From contig NC_068981.1 in assembly GCF_001194135.2 (NCBI RefSeq), positions 128,695,573 through 128,759,572 on the forward strand: a stretch of 64,000 bases of DNA, written 5' to 3'. Shown piece after piece: positions 1 through 12,765 of this stretch (position 1 is its first letter; every line of letters starts with the position of its first letter). The stretch comes from Octopus bimaculoides. Lineage: Eukaryota. The position numbers and the translations under genes are program-made. Below the pieces are notes generated by a model, which saw only the letters and a list, made by a program, of their open reading frames with translations, did not search any database and was not told where the DNA came from.

Positions 1-372
1 GCACATAAATAGCACCAATTGAGCGTGATCATTACCAGCGTCGCCTTACTGGCACTTGTGCCAGTGGCACGTGAAAAAACATTCCAGCGAGGTCGTTGCC
101 AGTGCCACTGGACTGGCTCCTGTGTAGGTGACACATAAAAAACACCATTTGAGCGTGGCCGTTGCTGGTACTGCCTGGCTGGCCCTTGTGCTGGTAGCAT
201 GTAAAAGCACTCACTACACTCTCGGAGTGGTTGGTGTTAGGAAGGGCATCCAGCTGTAGAAACTCTGCCAGATCAGATTGGAGCCTGGTGCAGCCATCTG
301 GTTCACCAATCCTCAGTCAAATCGTCCAACCCATGCTAGCATGGAAAGCAGACGTTAAACGATGATGATGAT
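1..372 (-). mobile_element. SINE family C ((CAT)n-GTTTAACGTCCG type), truncated by the window edge
   Basis: Reverse complement of copies at 46408-46800 and 55528-55836; another at 832-999 (-). Confidence 0.85.
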
Positions 373-3080
373 ATTACTGATAGATGAGCAGTGTTTAGTT
401 TTGATGCTATGATGTAGTACAGAATAAATCTAGATAGCCAATACTGTGTGCTTGAATTAAATTCAAGATTAATTTACAATGTTGGCAGAAATTTATTAGT
501 TTATTCTGATGTACATCATAGCTTCAAATTATTGTTAATACAATAATCATTTTTCAAACTATAAATCTCATTTCTAATGAGAAAACAATTATTGATATTT
601 ACATGAGATAAGGCATCAAGCTGGCAGAATTATTACACCAGATGAAATCGTTAGGGGTACTTTGTCTGTCTTTACAATCTGAGTTCAAATTCCACCAGGG
701 TTGGATTTCCTTTCATCCTTTTGGGGTTGATAAAATATGTACTAGTTGAGTCCTGGATTCAGCATAATTGACTTACTCCTTCCCCCCAAACCGCTGGCCC
801 TGCGCAAAAATTTGAAATTAATATTTAAAAGCACCCACTACACTCTCTGAGTGGTTGGCGTTAGGAAGGGCATCCAGCTGTAGAAACTCTGCCAAATCAG
901 ATTGGAGCCTGGTGTAGCCATCTGGTTTCACCAGTCCTCAGTCAAATCGTCCAACCCATGCTAGCATGGAAACCGGATGTTAAACGATGATGATGATGAA
1001 GGTGGTGAGCTGACAGAATCATTAGCACATTAGACAAAATGCTTAGTGGCATTACATCTGTCTTTAAGTTCTGAGTTCAAGCTTCATGGAGGTCGACTTT
1101 GCCTTTCATCCTTCCAGGGTTGATAAAAGAAGTACCAGTTGAACACTGGGTGGGGTGGGGTGTGATCAATTTACCCTCTCCCCTTGAAATTGCAGGCCTT
1201 GTACCAAAACTTGAAAGGAAAGATATATTACAAATATATCCAGTATACATCAGCATGGAAAACCAAACATTACATTGATGATACTAAATCAATTTTATAT
1301 TCAACTTGTAGCTTTTCTATAGACTAGCATTTCTTTTCTCTCCCTCCAAAGTTTACTTTTTTTCCTTGACTCTTCCTTGTTATACTCCAAGCTTACTGTA
1401 CCAGCTAAAGTGGGGTTGGGTGCAGTATGTATCATTGCTGATTTTCTTCCTTGTAGTGGGTCATAACCTAAAGGTGTTCATCTTTAGCAACCAACTTGTG
1501 AATACAATCATAACAAGGCCTTACAGAGATACGGGGCTGAAACTTTCCTGAAGCTGTTCTTGGATGACATTTGTGTTGGTGTTCACCTTACATGTACCAA
1601 GCTACTATACTGACTAGTATAGCCACTACAAAGATATCAGAATTACACAACAACAATGAAAACTTATACATATAATCACAACATAAATATGCAGTTATAT
1701 AATTAAACTTTATCACCAATGCTATGTGAAACATATTAATTCTGAACCTATTGTTGCAGCAATAAGCATCCAACTCACTCTCAGACATACACCAAGGTTG
1801 CAATGTAAACAAACATTATATTTCCAATTTTTCATACCCGTTTTCTTATTTCTATAAATTTTCTTTGATTAAGAGTATGACCCAAAACTTTAGATCCTTT
1901 TTTTTTTTTTTTCATTTCCCATATTTATTTTCAATCTACACATTCTTTGATTGTTATTGTCTCGTTTCATTTTTCTGCACTTCTTCCACCATGTGTTTTA
2001 TTTGTCTAAATTCATATGTTGTTCATTTGTTTATCTCTTTACCTTATGATATGCCTCATTTTACTTATGCATATTTTTATTGATATATTGAGTGTGTTTA
2101 TACACAAATTTGTACACCTGGGACATTATAAGAAATCTTTATTGTAATTCAAAGGAGATAACTACATACTTTGTTGTGTGTATTAGTTCTTCTTCCTTCT
2201 AAATTCAAACTTTGCTGATTGTAATTTTGTCATTTATCCTTTTAAGATGAATGATACAATTATTACTTTCATGTTAGAGTTCAAAATTACTCCCCTACAA
2301 AATGATAATTTGTCTGTATATTCACTTATTTATAAATTCAAACATCACTTTTACTGCATAACTATTTAGCAATGATAAGTCAGCTTAAGAGAGGTTTTGA
2401 CAAAATACATAGATCTCAGTGACAAAATTAATATATTAAACCAAAGAATACATGTCATATATTGAAAATATGGCTACAAGAATTCCTTCTTTTGTTAGAG
2501 CTAGTTACAGTCATAATGATGTTCATCTCATGCATTTATTTACTAAAAGAATTGTGAGTCAATGAAGAAGTTTGAATACAGTCATTCGACCTGTTAGAAA
2601 TAGTAGTCAAATCTCATAAAACATATCTCACTTACTTAAAAAAAAGAAGGTCATATTGGATAATGTCTTGGGTGCACAATGTCTTAAAAAATGACAGGAT
2701 GATCTCAGCCATAACGTGTTTGCTCATAGGCATCTTCAATCAGAGTTACCTGGGATCACATAACTAAAACTGTAAATGAAAATAACAGTACCCTCTTTGA
2801 AGGCACAAAAGACCTAAGGGCATATTAGAAGCAACTTAATTTCATCAGTACATATTTTAAAAAATGGATTTAGTGCATTAAAGTATGCAATATAGGCCCA
2901 ACTTTTCATAAAGGACCCGGGATAATTTTGGTGGGCATTGTTTTGGAAAAAGTACATCATATATGCTATCAAATATGATATTTATCCATAAATAATATTG
3001 ATAAATACTAGAAACTCTAGTTTTCTTTCAAATGTTTTGAATATTTTGTCACTCCATTCAATATTTCAAAACATATTTAA

Positions 3081-3300
3081 CCCTTTAGTATTTAAACTGG
3101 CCATGTACAGCCCAACTATTCTGTCTGTTTTATGTTCAAACTAGCCAGATCTGGCCTCTCACATCTACCCTACACTGTCATTCTAAGAATAAACAACCAC
3201 ACCATTAAAATCTCAAAAAGCTATGACACAGTGCATGATTAATTGAAAACAATGTGAATAAATAGGCATTACATTTGACAGTAATAGGAATGCTAAAGAA
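3081..3300. mobile_element. piggyBac-type MITE
   Basis: TTAA|CCCTTTAG...GCTAAAGAA|TTAA; second copy at 40415-40635, partial copy near 4985-5080. Confidence 0.75.
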
Positions 3301-4579
3301 TTAATTGCATTGTTTATAAATAAAATTAATTTTCTTTATTGAAATGTTGAATTATTTTTCTAACACCTTTTGATTTATAGATCAAGGGAAGCAACTCTAC
3401 CTATGGCTTTCTTATGCCAAAATGTAATTCGGAAAATATATACTGTATAAGCATATACTATAGTTCTTCATTCATGTGAGGATGCATCATCGGTGTTGTG
3501 CCGTGGTGACACTGGGTTCTCTGAGGTCTTAGAGCATACACCCTTATCTCTGGTGTAATATCGCTTAAATTTCTTGCATTTGCTTACAGTTCAAGGGAAG
3601 CAATTCTAGATATGGACGATTATTTAAAAATCGTTATTTCTTAATAACATTTAAAAAATCGTTTTAATGATTTTTTAACTCTATATTATTTCTTTTATTT
3701 GAAGTAGAAAATAAGCCGAAAGATATTTACATAATGATATATATGTATATATTATTATGTAAATATAAATTATATCGTCATCCTCACTTTACGTCTATTT
3801 TTCCAGTTGGATCTTCTCCACTGTAGTGTCTGGTCACTTGTTGCTGTCCTTTGTTATCTTTGTAAGGTTCAATTTTTGCAACGTTTATCCATGTTTTCTT
3901 CTTCTGCAGGTTCCTGAATATTATAAATTGATATGTGTGGTAATATATATGAAGACTACCCTTCTTGCCAACCAGGCCATTATAGTTCTTGTGCATCTGT
4001 GGTTTACAATGGATATGCTGTATAAACACAAATTTCATTTGGTGTACCTATTGTAAACTGGACGTACAAAATAAGTAGGGAAATCATAGGCAGGCTGAAA
4101 AGGAAGAGAGATTTGATAAATGGCAGGTGCAAGGGGTCAATTAGCTGTAATAGAAAGCATGGAATAAATTACTTCAGATATCCAGAAGACTCCCTAGAAG
4201 TACTGATAGCTTCTGATGTTTTTATGAGGTGATTTAATTAGCAGAAAGTGGGTAGTTTAAGGTGGCAAGCTGGCAGAAACGTTAGCACGCCAGGTGAAAT
4301 GCTTAGCGGTACTTCGTCTGTCTTTACGTTCTGAGTTCAAATTCCGATGAGGTCGACTATACCTTTCATCCTTTCAGGGTCGATTAAATAATTACCAGTT
4401 ACGCACTGGGGTCAATGTAATCGACTCAATTCCTTTGTCTGTCCTTGTTTGCCCCCTTTATGTTTAGCCCCTTTTGGGCAATAAAGAAATAAGAAAGTGG
4501 GTATTTCAAAGGTCTAGTTGTTAGAATAAGAATGAGATGAAAAAGGTTCAAGATACTATTGCTTCTGTTAGCAACAAAA

Positions 4580-4800
4580 GGTTTTTCTCTCAAAGTGACA
4601 GGCATGATTCTGTATGGTACTGAGATGTGGCACTGAAAGTGGAGGAGGTGTGAAGGCTGGGACAAGAATACAAATGAGCTGAGATGAAAAACTGAGTGTT
4701 AGAGGAATCGGAAACACTACTAGAGAAAACTGAGCTGGTACAGACCTGATGTGTATGGAAGATAGCGCAAAATAAGCACATGCTTAGTGCATCAAGGGAA
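4580..4800 (+). mobile_element. Decayed RTE-type LINE fragment
   Basis: Broken frames resemble LYGTEMWxLK...LREKLSVRGI...LSWY of RTE C-termini. Confidence 0.5.
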
Positions 4801-6236
4801 GGTAGGGCACCACAGAAATGGTAAATGATTTATGGCATGAAAGAAATCACTTTAAACTTGCTAAAATAATATTTGGAATATTAGCTCTACTAAGTATAAA
4901 AGCAGATGCGTTACATAAGATTCATTTGAGGCTCTGATCAAAGACTTGGCAATTAAAAAAGTAGGAGGAAACTTTTCAGGTGCAGACCAAATATTCTATC
5001 TGTTTTGTAGTCGAACCAGCCAGAACTGGCCTCTCACATCTATCCCTCAGTATCATTCTAAGAATAAATAATCACAGCATTAAACCTGGCCTTGTGCCAA
5101 AATTTGAAACCAATATTATAAGTAGGCAAAGCAAAACTTATGTTTTATAAAATATATAATGTATACTTATCTGAGAATTTATTGGTGTCAAGTTTACATT
5201 CCCTGTAAGCAATACATTCCATAGCTCTACATTTATAAAGACCAGTAAAATAAAAAAATAAACATTTGTTATTTGAAAAACAGGTAAGGTTTGGGTGACA
5301 AGAAGGGCCTCAATGCATCTTCATTGAATCCATGCCAGCATGGAAACGTGAATGAAAATGAGCAAACAAACTGTGTGTCTTTGTTCTATGAAAGAACTAA
5401 TTGGTCATTTCTCAGTTTGGAGAATCTCATTACCTCTTTTCAAGAAAGCTGTGCTCATCTGACAGGAAGTGTTTAGGTTGCACTTGGATGATGCCCTTGT
5501 GTGGAAGGTTTGGAGGTGTTAATGGAGACATCATCTATACAATTCTTTCTACAATGAACAGAAGGCCTTAAATTTTAGGAGAGCAGGCCAACGAATTACA
5601 TCAAACCCAGTGCTCAACTGGTACTTGTTTTATCAATCCCAAAACAATGAAAAGCAGAGTCGACTTTTGCAGAATTTGAACTCAGAATGTAAAGCAAGGA
5701 GAAATGCAGCAAAGCCTTTTGTCTGGCATGCTAACAGTTTTACTTGCTTGCCATCTTAGCATCATTTGTATTATAATATATCTTATTAGATGTGCAAGCA
5801 AGAAGGTTGTTAATTTACCAATTCAAGAGTGTAGTATGTTACCCAAGTGTTGATAGAGTATAAACTGGAAAAAGTACAAACAACATGTGCTGCAATAGTG
5901 TGATCCGACAAGAGGCTACTATTCCAAGAGCTGAATGATGGATGGCACCAATATGCTGTCAACTTAAGAAAGTGTTGCAGAGAATTCAGAATGGTAGAAA
6001 ATTTTATTCCATGTCAGCAACATATATATGTATTTATATTTAAGACAAGGGGATAAAATTCATGAAGAGTTGTGTTGAAGTCATTGAAGATATTAACTTA
6101 TATGTGTGTGAGAGAGAGAGGTGGGTTTAAACTTTAAATCTTAAACGTTAACTATATTAGGTGTTTTAACGGTATTCCAGTTCCACATAATATACTGTAG
6201 AATGTGAAATATGATGATGTTAATATAAGTAGGCAA

Positions 6237-6660
6237 AGGCAGTGAGCTGGCAGAATCATTAGCACACTGGGTGAAATGCTTAGTGGCATTTCATCTTTCT
6301 TTACATTGTGAGTTCAAATTTCACCGATGTTTACTTTGCCTTTCATCCTTTCAGAGTTGATAAAATAAGTAGCAGTTGAGCACTGGAGATCAATGTAATC
6401 AACTTAGCCCCTCCCCTGAAACTGCCGGCCTTGTGCTAAATTTTGAAACCAATATTATAAGGTGGCAAGCTGGCAGAATCATTAGCATGCCAAGTAAAAT
6501 CCTTAGTGGCATTTCCTCCATCTTTATGTTATGAGTTCAAACTCCACCAGTGTTGGCTTTGCCTTTCAGGGTTGAAAGTTGAACACTGGGGTTCATTTAA
6601 GCAAATTAGTCCCTCCCCTAAACCTTCTGGCCTTGTGCCAAAATTTGAAACCAATATTAT
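6237..6660 (+). mobile_element. Head-to-tail dimer of SINE family A
   Basis: Two GAGCTGGCAGAATC...AATTTGAAACCAATATT units. Other family A copies at about 618-820, 1001-1216 and 4261-4495 (+), 5605-5760 (-), 17817-18065 (+), 29915-30080 (-), 52126-52340 (+), 57760-57968 (-). Confidence 0.8.
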
Positions 6661-7169
6661 AAGTAGGCAAAGTAAAACTTATGTTTTATAAAATATATAA
6701 TGTATGCTTATCTGAAAATTTATTGTTTACAAAGCATGAAAATAGATTTAGGACAGACTGTTATCTATTTCAGATAACATGTAGTGTTAAAATAAAAAAT
6801 AAATAATATGTTCTAAGCTGATGAGATACTGTTGTTTTACCATTCAACCACATATAGCAGTGGTACTACCTGTTATACATAATTTTTCAAACATGTCTAT
6901 TGCCACCAAAATAACACATTGTGTAATGTTGTACTCAATATACTGTATCTGAAGGAACATTTTCATCATTGGCTTGCTGAATTTAGGGTTAAACAATAAC
7001 AATTGCAGACACTTCTACCTATCTTCATGCAAACACTTCTATATCCAGCTATCCATCCATCCATTCATCTGCACAAGTCTCTCTCTCTTTCTCCCTCTCT
7101 CTCTCTCCCTTTCTCTTTCCCTTGTATCAAGTGAATTCCTTTATTCTAAACTGAGGTTCAATGTAACAC

Positions 7170-7990
7170 TCTAACCTCCTTGCTGTAGTGGTGGGGCAGC
7201 CCTATTAAAGATCTCTCAATTGGCCGAGAGATTAGATAGTCATTTGCTAATGCTTGAAATCAAGTTTCTAATTACAGTGGGGTGATGGTTTGAGCTCTTG
7301 TGGATGTATACTGTTTCCTCATTAGGCTTCCTGTACAAATAATACTTGCCCGTATTCAGGTCTAAGGTTACGTCCAAGAAATCGACCACAGTCAGATTGG
7401 TCACTGTTATGGACAAGCTGAATTCCTTGGATATTTTTATCAAGTCCTTCCTAAACTTGTCCATGGCATGGCCATTCATATGGCTTGAGATAGCCAGTCT
7501 CTCGTCCCTATAGAGGGCCAACCTATGTGGGTGAGTACATCTCTTGAGGGTATCCAAGATGTATAACCCAACAAAGTTAGTGATTTCAGCCCCGTCAAAG
7601 CTCCCCATAGAGACATCAAACAATGGATCACCTTTCTTCACCCAGAAGGAATCATCATGGACCAGAATTGATTTTCTGGCCTTCATGATAATCCTGATAT
7701 CAAGATCACTAATGCTGGTGTATTGCTCAGCAAAAGTTAGGGCCTTCAGAAGGAGGGGCTTAGATATGGAAGGGTGGAAGTCAACAATGTCAAACCAGAT
7801 GAATCTCCAGGCTGATTTATTCTCGATACCATGGAACCAATTGATCACGGCTGCACTGGAGTGCCATTGAGTCAACCCTGTAGCCCTTCTGATAATTGGA
7901 GTTGACAGTATTGAGAATACATTTGCTAATGATACCCATTTCACTTTTAGAGGGGTTGATCAGCCTGCATTTGGGATGGGAGAGGAAGTT
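7170..7990 (-). mobile_element. Penelope-like retroelement RT fragment (Neptune/Naiad-type), frameshifted
   Basis: Motifs PKCRLINPSKSEMG (ORF 7817-8047), FDIVDFHPSI, FDVSMGSFDGAE, YRDE (decayed YRDD), FLDVTLDL, YIHKSSNHHP (ORF 7240-7944). Confidence 0.85.
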
Positions 7991-8082
7991 GAGATTATAG
8001 TCCTTAAGTGTAATATATGTATATATGTATATATATATATATATCATGGTCCTTAAGTGTAATATATATATATGTAGTGAAA

Positions 8083-8462
8083 CTACCTATCGCCATTAGA
8101 TACAAAACTGCTATCGCCATTCTTCTCATTTAAATATAAACAAACGCGAACGTAGGGGAAAACATTAACCTTGTCATCACGTGACTGATCATTATTCGAA
8201 TCGGCAACTTCTTCGAACCTTTCCCGCCAGAACGCAAACTGACCAATCACGGCCCCTAATAAGGTCACATGATAGAGTAAAATTCTGAAGCCATTTGGAG
8301 CCCTCTTAACGCTATAAATAGATCAACTCATACCCCACAAATTTGTCTCGGTCCAGTTTCTCTTTGAGAACTGTTCCGTGTACCACACGACAGCAGCAGC
8401 AGTTCCAACAACCACTTCAACAGCTTCGTCCAGCCAACGATGACCACCGCCGTCGCCATATC
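8083..8462 (+). promoter_or_regulatory. Orphan Pol II promoter and probable 5' exon running into an assembly gap
   Basis: ATCACGTGAC (8176-8185), TTTCCCGCC (8220-8228), CCAAT (8243), GTCACATGA (8264-8272), TATAAATA (8313-8320), then GC-rich sequence with ATG at 8440 (MTTAVAI) ending at the N-gap. Confidence 0.55.
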
Positions 8463-8977
8463 NNNNNNNNNNNNNNNNNNNNNNNNNNNNNNNNNNNNNN
8501 NNNNNNNNNNNNNNNNNNNNNNNNNNNNNNNNNNNNNNNNNNNNNNNNNNNNNNNNNNNNNNNNNNNNNNNNNNNNNNNNNNNNNNNNNNNNNNNNNNNN
8601 NNNNNNNNNNNNNNNNNNNNNNNNNNNNNNNNNNNNNNNNNNNNNNNNNNNNNNNNNNNNNNNNNNNNNNNNNNNNNNNNNNNNNNNNNNNNNNNNNNNN
8701 NNNNNNNNNNNNNNNNNNNNNNNNNNNNNNNNNNNNNNNNNNNNNNNNNNNNNNNNNNNNNNNNNNNNNNNNNNNNNNNNNNNNNNNNNNNNNNNNNNNN
8801 NNNNNNNNNNNNNNNNNNNNNNNNNNNNNNNNNNNNNNNNNNNNNNNNNNNNNNNNNNNNNNNNNNNNNNNNNNNNNNNNNNNNNNNNNNNNNNNNNNNN
8901 NNNNNNNNNNNNNNNNNNNNNNNNNNNNNNNNNNNNNNNNNNNNNNNNNNNNNNNNNNNNNNNNNNNNNNNNNNNNG
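8463..8977. other. Assembly gap
   Basis: 515 Ns. Confidence 1.
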
Positions 8978-9729
8978 TCATTTACTGACTCTCTTTCTAT
9001 TTGCTGTAATATTTCACATACACATACATGTATCACTCACATAAATACTTTTCTTTGTACGACGGCCTGTCTTTGATTATGTTATTATATGTCGCATTCA
9101 CACTCACACATAGACATTCATCTTTAACGCTACAATAAATATCTCTGTTATTCATCTAATACGGTTGTGGTCTTTCATTACTGGTCATCTATGTTATCGT
9201 CGCATAACATATTAGTATATCATCATCGATATATAATTGTGTGTTCGACCGTGTGACACGTGTAAATAAAAGGAGTCCTCTGTTTTTCCATTCGTCACCA
9301 TTTCTCCTTTTTTGAGTTCGCACGATCGTTCCTTACATATATATATCATGAACTCTCCCATCGTTAGACAATGTATGAGGGTTGGCAATTTCTTACCAAA
9401 CAACCACACAGGTGATTTGTTTATAGTAATCAAATGTTTGTGTACACATAAGCTCACTCCCTCCATTGAATCTACATTACCTGTACAGGTGCACCATGTG
9501 CCACACGTCAGATGATGAAATGATTGTAGAGCAACATGAAATGAAGTGCTTTGCTCAAGAACATAACGCAATGCTCAGTCTGGGAATTAAACCCATGATC
9601 TCGCAATTATGAGTGTAACACCCTAACCACTATGCGCCATGTGCCTATACATACATATATATATAAAAATTGGAGGGGAGAAAGAATATTGGCTCTAGGA
9701 CTAATAGTGTTTTAATCATTTCAGTAACC

Positions 9730-10000
9730 CAACATTGTGTAGCTCAGAGATCAGGGAGTCTCTCTACATTGAGCCACTATTTCCCCACATTGAGAGGTCA
9801 CAGTTTCAGTACTATGAACATGTGATTAGGGTGTCACAAGAAAGAATTATAAGATGGATTCTCCAAGCCAAGCCAACTGGTAGGAGACCTAAGGGCAGAC
9901 CAAAACTGAGATGTTAGATAGTATCCATAGTCTCAGTTGGTCATGCTAGAGAGTTCAGTCAGAAAGTGTAATGACAGTTGCTTTTGAGAGGACCCTATGA
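9730..10000 (+). mobile_element. RTE-type LINE 3' fragment
   Basis: ORF 9735-9917: HIERSQFQYYEHVIRV...AKPTGRRPKGRPKLRC, typical of RTE C-termini. Confidence 0.7.
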
Positions 10001-11133
10001 AGGAGGCACTTGAAGACCCTACCTCCATGACCCTCCCAGGAATAGCAGGCAGAGAAAATGAATGGATTTCAGCAAGAATAGGAGACCACTATCAACATGT
10101 TTTAGTCTTATTGGAACTTATCAATGAAGCACAAACTTCACTTATTGGTGAAGTTTATGCTTCATTAGTAACAAAGGAAGCATTAAATAGTATTACAGCA
10201 CTGCAACCTGAGTAGGCATTGAAAATTGTATGGTAAATGCTAGTCTTTGTTGAGAAGTTCTGATAAGACTGAAACATGTCCAAAATTTTCTGTCTTATTT
10301 GCAATGATTAAAATATTAGTCTTTCAGTTATGTTCCCCTCCTCTCATTAGTATTTTTAACTAGATTCTTCATCAATATTAATTATGTTCACCACTAATTA
10401 ATGTTGGTTTTCAGGCAAATAGTGTCGCTGAATAATTAACTTCAGTATTTTGCTTTCCTAAATAGATATATACGGGTCGTTGATGTCAACCTTACAGAAT
10501 AGACAACAATGATCATTTGAGTAGTTTGTTGGTAAACAAGGACTTCATATATCATTACATAGAGGAAGAGATATTACAAACAAGTACATAACCTTTATAT
10601 AAATGCAATCTAAAGATATCAACTTAACACAAACAACAGATATACAGACAATTGTTATTAATAAGATAAAAGCAATCTAAAAGTGTCTAGTTGGTGGAGA
10701 CAGTCTATAAATGTTAATTTTATTTTTTTCTCATGACAGTTTAACAATTTTCTGGTCATTTACCTCTAAGTCTTAGTTTATGCAACCCAGGGTGGAGCAT
10801 TGCCAAGAAAAACATGGCTCAACTAGAAACCCTATACATTGCACTCCAATGACTGATGGTTTATTTCTTTTTAACACTGGCATCTAAAATTACATATACT
10901 TAAATATACCAAGTGTGCAACAATGTTTTTGACAAAGATGAAATAGAATCTTGTTACATTTTTACCTTTCGCAAAAGCATTAGTGATGCAAAATGAAATC
11001 GTTCTAAGTAACAAAACAAAATTACAGACTGTTTCTCCAGAGACAGATAGTAGTCACTAAAAAAAAATTCAATATTTAATTAGTATAAAATACAAAATTA
11101 GTCATCCTAGTCTAATAGAATGATATGTTTTAA

Positions 11134-11803
11134 CCCTTTTGTTACCACATATATAGGCGCAGGAGTGGCTATATAGGTGCAGGAGTGGCCATATAGGCGC
11201 AGGAGTGGCTGTGTGGTAAGTAGCTTGCTTACCAACCACATGGTTCCAGGTTCAGTCCCACTGCGTGGCACCTTGGGCAAGTGTCTTCTACTATAGCCTC
11301 GGGCCAACCAAAGCCTTGTGAGTGGATTTGGTAGATGGAAACTGAAAGAAGCCCGTCATATACATGTATATATATATATGTGTGTGTGTGTGTGTTTGTG
11401 TGTCTGTGTTTGTCCCGCCAACATCGCTTGACAACCGATGCTGGTGTGTTTACGTCCCCGTAACTTAGTGGTTCGGCAAAAGAGACCGATAGAATAAGTA
11501 CTAGGCTTATAAAGAATAAGCCCTGGGGTCGATTTGCTCGACTAAAGGCAGTGCTCCAGCATGGCTGCAGTCAAATGACTGAAACAAGTAAAAGAGTACA
11601 TTTCTAATGAAATACATCACCTTTGTTTCAATTAATTTAAAATATAATGCAGAATTTGGTAAAATAACTTTGTCATGATAAGGCTGGTTTTGGCGACATG
11701 AATTAGCATGAAATTTTGATGTAGGGTTTTAGTTTAGATCAATTTAAAGCAAAATCTGTATCACAGAACTAGGGAGATCTTGGACAGACTAGTATCAAAA
11801 GAG
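11134..11803. mobile_element. Second piggyBac-type MITE family, split by a SINE
   Basis: TTAA|CCCTTTTGTTACC ... GTATCAAAAGAG|TTAA, with a SINE at 11151-11598 inside. Confidence 0.65.
11151..11598 (+). mobile_element. tRNA-derived SINE family B (CORE-like centre)
   Basis: GGCGCAGGAGTGGCTGTGTGGTAAG head, GGTTCAGTCCC B-box-like, CCTTGGGCAAGTGTCTTCT centre, internal (TA)/(TG) microsatellite. Homologues at 12812-13195, 25343-25880, 27390-27540 and 33090-33220. Confidence 0.85.
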
Positions 11804-12765
11804 TTAAACTAATTTTATTTCTAAACTGAGTATTGTAGTGCAAAAAACAAGCTTTCAGATAGATAAATCATCAATTCAATTCATCATTGAACTTCAGAGA
11901 TGTAGCAAAAGAAAAAATTTCTTTGGCAATAAACATTACTAAATCCCACTTGTCTCTTAATTCATCCAAAACATTGTAGCTTATCAAAAGACATGAAAAT
12001 ACATTCCAGTAAAATAAGAACATTTTTATTATTCACAAATATGGCAGTGTCATATATGTAATGCAGTGAAATCATCCAAGCGATTTGTAGAGAAAAGAAA
12101 CTACCTCTAGAGATATTTAATATGTATAAACAACAAGCAAGGTTTATAACTCAAATAAAATCAGTTGACTGGAATTTTTTGACAATATGGAAACAACAAA
12201 GTGGAGTGGATTTGATCCATAAAGCTAACAGTGAAAGCAATAGAACATAGCTTCGTCTTATTAAATCATCTCAGCAATGCATATTCCTATTCAGTTGGCA
12301 TGAATTTTAGAATGATCACTACGCACACACGCACACATATATAAAATTTCATTTGGGTAATAAACCCTGGAGTTTACACTATTAAGTTCATTCATGGGCC
12401 CAACCTATCAGGCAGATAATATTCCATAGATGGTTTATTTTATCAAATACATACCTGAAAATCTACAAATATCTGAGGAGTTTCTGCAATTATAACCAAT
12501 GCGAATGGAGTGAACAAGTCCTTTTTATTACATTGATTCATAATTGTTTCATTGGAAATTGATCACATGAGTATTGCTATATAATGCAATATCATATGCA
12601 AACATTGATTCATAAGGCATCACTGATACAAATCAAAATTCAGCACTTTGGATTCATACTGACAGCCTTTCAGTTTGTGTCAATGGCACCTCATGAAGCA
12701 AGAACTTCATATATTATTACATAATATAGTAATATTCGTTGGACCAATTTCCAATGAAACAATTG

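Noticed and set aside
1330-1830. Possible coding exons near 1366-1812
   Set aside because: All frames are interrupted and no recognisable motif is present; probably an old repeat remnant.
8323-9044. Long ORFs in the track spanning the first gap
   Set aside because: They are mostly translated Ns and carry no evidence of protein.
9997-10215. 72-aa ORF
   Set aside because: It spans the junction of an RTE tail and a fold-back repeat, with no splice or homology support.
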